From NCBI GenBank assembly GCA_964388535.1, contig CAYMBA010000002.1, forward strand, positions 1 through 54,470: a DNA stretch of 54,470 bases, in the 5' to 3' direction. Source of the DNA: an uncultured bacterium (lineage in GTDB: Bacteria; Eisenbacteria; RBG-16-71-46; CAIMUX01; WJJG01). Made by a program: the position numbers and the translations under genes. Each line of letters opens with the position of its first letter. Within the stretch, counting starts at the first letter, position 1. The notes under the pieces were generated by a model. The model had not been told where the DNA came from. It saw nothing but the letters and a program-made list of their open reading frames with translations, and searched no databases. This document shows, piece after piece, positions 28,344 to 34,764 of the stretch.

Positions 28344-28691
28344 CGCTCCCTCGACAGGGCATGCGGCGCACATGCGGCTCGTTTATCTCCACGCTTGATC
28401 TGCACAACACCGGCGCGTCATGAGTGTCCGCGTGTTGCCGCAGGCATAACTCCGTGTCAACGCGACCTCCCATTTCGCCATTGCATTGTGTCGCCCATGT
28501 GCGGGGAGGCAACTCCCGAGCGCTCGCGGGCCTGCGTCCTTTTCGCATCGGCTTGCTAGATGAAGACCTTCGGGGAGCGAGGCGAACACCGACCGCGTTG
28601 CGGCACCTGTTGCTCGCAAGCCGGTCTCGGGCGAGGTATGTCGGCCCAACTGACCCGAGGGCGCTGCGGTAGTCCTCCTCTCGGACACCGC

Positions 28692-29159
28692 TCAGTTGTG
28701 TGTTTCCACAGTTTCTAGTCTCAGCTTCTCAAACAGCCTCAGACAGCATGAGTAGGTCCTTGAGGTCGCATTCATGAGATCAACGGCATCGATGTAGTGA
28801 TATGCAGCGGACCAATCACTGAGAGGAAAATGGCTCGTCCAACGCCGGGCAGCATGATCAAATTCACTCAGAAATCCCGCGAGCTCAGGCTCGTCCCCGA
28901 GAGCAACCGTCATGGGAGCCAGGGAACCTCGTACCTGCGCAAGATCTCCTTGGATGGATTCGTGGAGGTTTTCAGCAGCCTTCCGAGACATCAGTTCGTG
29001 CCCCGTGTTCCTCATCAAATCCGCTATCGCGGCAATGGCTCTTTCGGCTTCCTCGAGCGGGTAGTCGTAGCCCTCTGCGATGTCTCCGTCCAGGTCCTGC
29101 CGCGCCAGCAAGCTCTTCCACTTCGTCTCCCTCCAGGTGGGCCATGAACTCATGCGCAA
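28692..29159 (-). CDS. Hypothetical protein; may be the downstream part of a frameshifted gene
   Basis: Protein-like translation (DIAEGYDYPLEEAERAIAAIADLMRNTGHELM...). It overlaps 28972-29385 in another frame. Confidence 0.5.
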   Translation of the reverse strand: MRMSSWPTWRETKWKSLLARQDLDGDIAEGYDYPLEEAERAIAAIADLMRNTGHELMSRKAAENLHESIQGDLAQVRGSLAPMTVALGDEPELAGFLSEFDHAARRWTSHFPLSDWSAAYHYIDAVDLMNATSRTYSCCLRLFEKLRLETVETHN

Positions 29160-29385
29160 TTCTCGCCATGTGATGCGTCACGGAAAGTAGAATATGCCCT
29201 CTTGCTCGTGCCCATCGGCGCCGGTTGCCCCGCTCGATCAGCCAAGCGACGATTGTGACCGTCAAAAGAATCTCGAGTGCGGCCGCAATAAGGTTTCCGA
29301 CAAAACCTCTGCCATCCATAAGAAAGCCAATGGCCATAAGCCCGCCGGCAGCCGCTGCAATTAGCGCCAGCTTGCTTCTTGTCAT
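28972..29385 (-). CDS. Two-TM N-terminal segment; only the first ~75 aa look genuine
   Basis: LALIAAAAGGLMAIGFLM and LIAAALEILLTVTIVAWLI are helices, followed by RRRWARARGHILLSVTHHMARIAHEFM. After ~29140 the frame becomes R/G-rich nonsense, while the other frame becomes protein-like. Confidence 0.45.
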   Translation of the reverse strand: MTRSKLALIAAAAGGLMAIGFLMDGRGFVGNLIAAALEILLTVTIVAWLIERGNRRRWARARGHILLSVTHHMARIAHEFMAHLEGDEVEELAGAAGPGRRHRRGLRLPARGSRKSHCRDSGFDEEHGARTDVSEGC

Positions 29386-29542
29386 GTCGTCCTCTCTTGT
29401 GCCATGGTGTCTTTGCGCGTCCTATTCTCTCTCGGCGGCCTTCTCCGGACAGCCCGGCGGCTGTCCGTCCGCAATCGCAAAAGGCCAATAACCTGGCCCA
29501 GGCCGCTCGCCTCCAGATCCGTCCATTTCCTGCTATTCACCA

Positions 29543-29568
29543 GATAACGGAAGCGCGCTTCCGTTATC
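29543..29568. repeat. Perfect 26-bp palindrome GATAACGGAAGCGCGCTTCCGTTATC (candidate parS-type centromere site)
   Basis: Self-complementary over all 26 nt, 58 nt downstream of the parB stop. Confidence 0.8.
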
Positions 29569-29580
29569 CTGCCGTGCTGC

Positions 29581-29604
29581 ATAGCGGAAGCGCGCTTCCC
29601 GTAT
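29581..29604. repeat. Imperfect copy of the palindrome (ATAGCGGAAGCGCGCTTCCCGTAT)
   Basis: Same GGAAGCGCGCTTCC centre, with the outer arms differing at 2 positions. It lies 12 nt from the perfect copy. Confidence 0.7.
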
Positions 29605-29625
29605 CTCTCCTGTTCTTGCGCGGGA

Positions 29626-30837
29626 CTAGTCCTGCCTCTCCAGCTCCTCCAGGCCCCGCAGCCGCGTCCGCACCAGTGCTACCAGTTCCTCCAGGAAACC
29701 CAGGACCACAGTCGCATCCTCTTGCACGACGATCTCATCCGCGACGGCGCCCAGCACCTCGACCCGCTGTTTCTCGCCGGCCCTGGAAAGCGCCCCTGAG
29801 AATCCCCTCAATCCGCGTAAGGCCGATCGCGCGTGGTCGCGCTCTTTGGGTTTCTTCCTTCGTCCCGCATCCGGCTCCGCCGGGCCTCGCATCGCCAGCG
29901 CGGCAAGCTCCTCCCCCGTCAGACTCTCCTCAACGGCGGCCTCGATGAGCGCAGTCCATCGCTCCTCCGGCTCGGCCAGGACGGCCTGCAGCACGCGATC
30001 CGATAGGTTGTAGCGATCAGCGACCTCCAACAGCTCGGTCGGCAGGCGCAAGACGCCCAGGATCTGCCGCATCCGGCGCGGTGTCAGCTGCATCACCGGC
30101 TCGATCTCCCGCCAGATACCTCGAGGTAGCCGCTGTCTCCCCGGTAAATCAATCGCCTGCCGGAAGTACTCGTACGGGTCCTCCGTGGAGGGGTCGGGCT
30201 CGAAGCCCATCTTTTTCAGCAGGAGGGCTGCAATCTCGCGCGCCTGCGCCACGGCCGTCGGCGGCTGCGCGTGGCGGTTCTCAACAATCTGCCGTTCTAC
30301 GCTTGCCGCCTGAACGGCTTCCACGCGCAACAGCGGCTCCTCCTTCGCGCCGTCAATCACCGCCTTAAGGCAAGCCCCCCAATAGCGGCGCTCACCTGTC
30401 TCGATCTTGAAGAAGTAGCTGCCGTCTTCAGCCGTCATCCACGTGCCCGTGATGGGTTTGATCTGGCCATGCTCGTCGACGCTCTCCGCCATAGCCACCA
30501 ATTCGACCACGCGGTCCCGATGACCTTTGTCGTCCTCCGCCAGGCGTAACCACGCCGCCGCAGCCTCGTAGCAGTCCATTTCTCCTGCGAAGAATGGGCG
30601 CTGGATCTCAATGGGGATAATAGGTCTTGGCTGGAATCGGTCGGGGAGCATCTCGCTCGGCCGCACGCGCTCAATCAGCTCTCTAGGCGTCTCGGGATGC
30701 GCGATCCTCTCGGCCGCGGCTGGCGCCGCATCGGCTTCCGCCTGAATGACCTCCGCGCTGAGGTCCAGCTCGATGTCGTTCTCAAAGGCGTCGTGCAGCT
30801 CCCGGCTCACCCGCGCCCGCTTGCGCTTAGCGCTCAT
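29626..30837 (-). CDS. parB: ParB/Spo0J-family partition protein
   Basis: ParB-box-like LPDRFQPRP and the arginine patch GERRYWGA are present. It shares a 4-nt overlap with parA. Confidence 0.8.
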   Translation of the reverse strand: MSAKRKRARVSRELHDAFENDIELDLSAEVIQAEADAAPAAAERIAHPETPRELIERVRPSEMLPDRFQPRPIIPIEIQRPFFAGEMDCYEAAAAWLRLAEDDKGHRDRVVELVAMAESVDEHGQIKPITGTWMTAEDGSYFFKIETGERRYWGACLKAVIDGAKEEPLLRVEAVQAASVERQIVENRHAQPPTAVAQAREIAALLLKKMGFEPDPSTEDPYEYFRQAIDLPGRQRLPRGIWREIEPVMQLTPRRMRQILGVLRLPTELLEVADRYNLSDRVLQAVLAEPEERWTALIEAAVEESLTGEELAALAMRGPAEPDAGRRKKPKERDHARSALRGLRGFSGALSRAGEKQRVEVLGAVADEIVVQEDATVVLGFLEELVALVRTRLRGLEELERQD

Positions 30838-31709
30838 GCGCCACCTCCCCCGATCACCTCATTCGCCTGTGGGACGCGATTCGTGCGCCGCATGACCTCC
30901 TCCACTAGAGTCGCATACTCCTGCGTCGCACGGGTGCTCGACTCCAGACCGTCTGACCACGTCCTCGGAGGGCGAAACAGGAAGATGTCCAGGTGCGCCC
31001 CGTTAGCCTGCTGGACCGCCCGCGCCCGGTGGATCGGCGGGAACACCTTCTCGCCGTAGCGCTCCCTTAGGCCCTGCAGGATCCCGCGCGCGTCCTTGGC
31101 CGTCTCCTCATACATGGTAGGCAAGTAACCGATGATTTCAAGATCCGTGCGCCGGTAAGCCTTCAACGTTTGAATTATCGTCGTGTGTAGCGCGCCGAGA
31201 CCGCTCGCGCCCTGGTAGGACATCTCGATCGGGATGAGCACATGCGTAGCGGCCATGATGGCATTGGTGAGCAGCGCGCCGGCATGCGGCGGCGTGTCGA
31301 CGATGATGTAGGCGTAGTTGTCCCGGATCGGCTCGAGGGCGTTCGCCAACCGAAGGTCTGGCCCCGGCAGGCTTCGGATGCGGTGGGCCGCCTCCTTCTG
31401 TGCCCGGTTGTTGCCCGGCAAAAAGTGGAGGTTCGGGTGGTGCTTGGCCCGGCGCAGCAGCCGCTGGGGCGAGGGGGGCACTTCTTCCACCAACAGGGCC
31501 GCCAGGGAATCCCCTGGCTCGGCGGTGTGGCTCCCGTAGGCGATGCCCATCAGCGCGTTCATCTGGGGATCCAGGTCCACAAGTAGCACGCGCCCCGCCT
31601 CTGCGCGCTGGTGACGCAGCTTCAAGGCCAGACCCGCGGCCAAGTTCACCGCCGTGGTGGATTTCCCCACGCCGCCCTTCTCATTGGCGATCGCAATGAC
31701 GATGGTCAT
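30834..31709 (-). CDS. parA: ParA/Soj-family partition ATPase
   Basis: Deviant Walker A IAIANEKGGVGKSTTAVNLA and Walker B YIIVDTPP. Confidence 0.9.
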   Translation of the reverse strand: MTIVIAIANEKGGVGKSTTAVNLAAGLALKLRHQRAEAGRVLLVDLDPQMNALMGIAYGSHTAEPGDSLAALLVEEVPPSPQRLLRRAKHHPNLHFLPGNNRAQKEAAHRIRSLPGPDLRLANALEPIRDNYAYIIVDTPPHAGALLTNAIMAATHVLIPIEMSYQGASGLGALHTTIIQTLKAYRRTDLEIIGYLPTMYEETAKDARGILQGLRERYGEKVFPPIHRARAVQQANGAHLDIFLFRPPRTWSDGLESSTRATQEYATLVEEVMRRTNRVPQANEVIGGGGA

Positions 31710-31862
31710 GCCCGCCTCCTCAAACGACGCACCCCTCCCAGAAGCCCCGCCCCGATCCGGCGCCTGTATTTAACCCCAATACCGGCGCCGTGGCAACCGG
31801 CTCACGCCGATCCGGCGTAGCCATTAGGCGATTCGAGCACTCGACACAGGCCTGTTGAACGT

Positions 31863-31890
31863 TTGACAGCATCATGGGTCTTGTTATAGA
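31863..31890 (+). promoter_or_regulatory. Putative sigma-70-type promoter
   Basis: TTGACA (31863-31868), a 16-nt spacer, then TATAGA (31885-31890), in the divergent parA / AAA-ATPase intergenic region. Confidence 0.35.
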
Positions 31891-32080
31891 CTCTGCAAGG
31901 TGGCTCAAGCGGTTTCTGGCCACATCAGCAAGGATCATAGGGCTGTTATCACTAAGAGCCGCTTCCTTATTCCTGCTAAGGATAGCAGCCGGCCAGGCGG
32001 AGGTCAAGCGCGTACCATGCTACGAACGAACCTCTTCGAGAGATACCCGGGGCAGGCGAGGCGCGCCAATGGGTCCAGGC

Positions 32081-32094
32081 AGAACATTTGTTCT
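32081..32094. promoter_or_regulatory. GAAC-N4-GTTC inverted repeat (Cheo/LexA-box-like): AGAACATTTGTTCT
   Basis: Perfect 6+2+6 inverted repeat between the putative promoter and the ATG at 32177. Confidence 0.45.
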
Positions 32095-32176
32095 CTCGGG
32101 CGCGCTCTTCGTTCTGTCCGGCGCGGGGGGTTATTCGGGCGCCGCGGCCCGCAGCCTGTCCGCGGGCGGATGATGT

Positions 32177-33082
32177 ATGGCTAAGCGCAAACTCCAACGA
32201 CGTCTCTTGCTGAAGGAGCTGGGATTCCTCGAGGAGCCCTTCACGATCTCCGCCGACCCGCGATTCCTGTACCTTTCCACCCAGCACGGCGAGGTGCTGG
32301 AGCGGACCAGGGATGTCGTTGAGGACTTCCGCGGGCTTGCCGTGGTTGAAGGTGGCTATGGGGTAGGGAAGAGCTCGCTCGCCCTGCGTCTGGAGTCGAT
32401 CTATCGCGCGCGGCCCGACGAGTACCGCGTGGTGTTTGTGCACACGGCGAGCTATGAATCCGAGTTCGCCGGCCTGCAGGATCTCTGTCACTCACTTGGC
32501 CTGCCCCGGCGGAGGGGCTTAACCAAGCAATGGCGCGAATTTGAGAACTTCCTAGTCGATGAGCACAAGCAAGGACGCAATGTCTGCATCATCCTGGACG
32601 ACGCCCAGCTCATGGACCAGGACGCGCTGAGGATTGTCCACCATATCTATAACTTTGACCGAGGGGGGCGCAAGCTCGCCCAGCTGGTCTTATTCGGGCA
32701 GCCGGAATTGACCTACATCTTTGCCATGAATCCCGAGATTCGCAGTCGCGTCGACTCCTGGTTTCGTCTCAATCCTCTCTCCCTCGAGGACACCCTTCAG
32801 CTCATCCGTTTTCGCTGTACCGTTGCGGGCCGCGACGAGCCCCTTTTCACACAAAGCGCTTTTCTCGAGGTCTTCGAGGCCACGGGCGGTGTTCCTCGCG
32901 AGATCGTCAGCGTTTGCGCCAGAGTGATCGAGGAGCTGGGGCATCAGGGCAAAAAGACTGCCGACATCGAGGTCACCAAAGCGGCCATTGAGCTGCACCA
33001 AGCATGGCACAGCGAACGAGCTGAACTCCATGCAGAGGAAGCTTCCGAGGAGCAGGGAGTACAAACGGAGGCGGCCGAATGA
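32177..33082 (+). CDS. AAA+ ATPase of the ExeA/TniB/AAA_22 type
   Basis: Walker A is VVEGGYGVGKSSLALRL and Walker B is VCIILDDAQLMD. Size and layout are typical of ExeA-like ATPases. Confidence 0.7.
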   Translation: MAKRKLQRRLLLKELGFLEEPFTISADPRFLYLSTQHGEVLERTRDVVEDFRGLAVVEGGYGVGKSSLALRLESIYRARPDEYRVVFVHTASYESEFAGLQDLCHSLGLPRRRGLTKQWREFENFLVDEHKQGRNVCIILDDAQLMDQDALRIVHHIYNFDRGGRKLAQLVLFGQPELTYIFAMNPEIRSRVDSWFRLNPLSLEDTLQLIRFRCTVAGRDEPLFTQSAFLEVFEATGGVPREIVSVCARVIEELGHQGKKTADIEVTKAAIELHQAWHSERAELHAEEASEEQGVQTEAAE

Positions 33083-33181
33083 TCGCCGCGTTTCCCGGGC
33101 CGCGAAACCGTTGGTTTTGGCGGGCCGCGTAATTGCGGCGTTGCCCGGCCCTTCCAACCGTTGTGGTTAAGGGCCCGTTGA

Positions 33182-33565
33182 TTGTATCGCTTGACCGAAG
33201 CAGGAGAACGCCGGAAGGCGCGTATGCCCGACAAGGAACCCACCTATCCATGGCTCCGCTTACTGGAGCTCGAACTCAAGCAGGAGCCCCGGCCCGTCAA
33301 ACGCAGACGCCCGGGAAGACCCAAGAACGCGTTCCCGCGCAAGCGCGTGCGCTCGGCGTTGACCGAGGACGAGCAGGCCGCGCTCGACGAACTGGTCGAG
33401 CTCTTCTCGGAGCGACTGGGGCGGACCATACATCGTGGCCACCTGATCGCCTTCATGACCTTCAGGCTCAGGCAGCAATTGCAGCGCGGCCAGGAAATCG
33501 TTATACCAGAGGAGATTGACTCATTCGTGGCGCTGGCAAAGTACCTCGATTCCCATTCCCGCTAG
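33182..33565 (+). CDS. Small basic protein with a ribbon-helix-helix-like C-terminal half
   Basis: A basic tract RRRPGRPKNAFPRKRVRSALT is followed by EDEQAALDELVELFSERLG and IHRGHLIAFMTFRL, a strand-helix-helix pattern. The real start may be ATG 33224. Confidence 0.45.
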   Translation: MYRLTEAGERRKARMPDKEPTYPWLRLLELELKQEPRPVKRRRPGRPKNAFPRKRVRSALTEDEQAALDELVELFSERLGRTIHRGHLIAFMTFRLRQQLQRGQEIVIPEEIDSFVALAKYLDSHSR

Positions 33566-33646
33566 GGCATAGGAGTAGTGGCTGGAGCGCTTTAGCGTCG
33601 AAACACAAAGACAGCGGTCGCCGCCCTTTTGGATGGCGCCCCTCAA

Positions 33647-33676
33647 GGGGGGGTCCATCTGGACCCCCCCTTTTCT
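33647..33676 (+). terminator. Rho-independent terminator
   Basis: GGGGGGGTCC (33647-33656), loop ATCT, GGACCCCCCC (33661-33670), followed by TTTTCT. Confidence 0.8.
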
Positions 33677-33696
33677 GAAAGCCGGAGGCAAGCACA

Positions 33697-34542
33697 TTGG
33701 CACCTGATAGCGTCCACCATCCCGTTCGCGAAAGCACGCTCGTCTTCCGAGGCAAGGAGATCTCCACCGCCGAGCTGAACAGTGGCTTTGGCTATGTCTC
33801 CCTGAACGCGCTGTGCGACGCGTTCGGCATTCAACGCAAGGCGCAGCGTCGCCGCCTACGGCGACAGGGCGGCTACTTTGACCCTTACACGGCCACGGTC
33901 CTCATGACCACCGCCGGCGGTCCGCAGCCCACGCTCTGCCTCAGGGCCGACGCCGTCCCGTTGTTCTTGGCCGGCGTTCAGCTCACACAGGTCGTCGACC
34001 CGGAATCACGCGAGCTACTTGAGGCTTTCCTGCAGGAAGCCCACATCGTGCTCAGCGAACACTTCGGCCTGAGTGAGCGCGGTGAAATCCAATTCCATCG
34101 CGAGGCGATGGCCAGGATGGTCCTGGAGCAGGAGGAATTCGAGGCGCAGCTCTCAAAAAAAGTCGATGAGGAAATCGCCCGACTGCGCCAGGAGCACGAA
34201 GCCAAGGTGCAGCAGATCCGAGAGGTGTTTGCCGGATTGAGGGAGCAGGTCAGGCGAATCGAGGCCGTTGCCGGCCCCAAGGCGCGTCTCACACCGGAGC
34301 AACTGGGCGCCCTGCGCCGCACGGTGGCGACACTCGGCAAGCTCCTGCAGGAGCGGGGCGTCCTCAAGCCATACCCCGGCATCTACGCGGACATTATGGA
34401 GCTGACCGGGGTCAGTCGTTCCGAGGATATCCGCCAGGAGGATCTTCCTGACGTTCTCGAATTCCTCGACGGCCAGATCGCGGCCCTGCGCAAGATCAAG
34501 CCCCGCAAGGGGCCCGACCAGGGCGCGTCGTCTGGCCAGTAG
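33697..34542 (+). CDS. Antirepressor-like (P22 AR N-terminal-like) protein with a coiled-coil C-terminus
   Basis: FRGKEISTAELNSGFGYVSLNALCDAFGIQRKAQRRRL resembles the phage antirepressor N-terminal domain (from memory). TTG start, with GGAGG 8 nt upstream. Confidence 0.45.
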   Translation: MAPDSVHHPVRESTLVFRGKEISTAELNSGFGYVSLNALCDAFGIQRKAQRRRLRRQGGYFDPYTATVLMTTAGGPQPTLCLRADAVPLFLAGVQLTQVVDPESRELLEAFLQEAHIVLSEHFGLSERGEIQFHREAMARMVLEQEEFEAQLSKKVDEEIARLRQEHEAKVQQIREVFAGLREQVRRIEAVAGPKARLTPEQLGALRRTVATLGKLLQERGVLKPYPGIYADIMELTGVSRSEDIRQEDLPDVLEFLDGQIAALRKIKPRKGPDQGASSGQ

Positions 34543-34764
34543 ATATGAAGGGGTTGTTGCCAATGACTTGGCAGAGTGGATTCACATGATCAGTTTCGAT
34601 TAGGGTTTTCGTCCGCCCCCTGACCAGTGCCAGAGATCATGCTGGGAACGTGCTGGGGGCGTAAAAGCGAAACTCCCCTCGGGCGGCCAACCTTCAGGGG
34701 AGCGCGCATTAGGCGTTTCGCTTGACTGCCAAGATCATATTCGATTCTCTGGCGCCTGTCAAGC

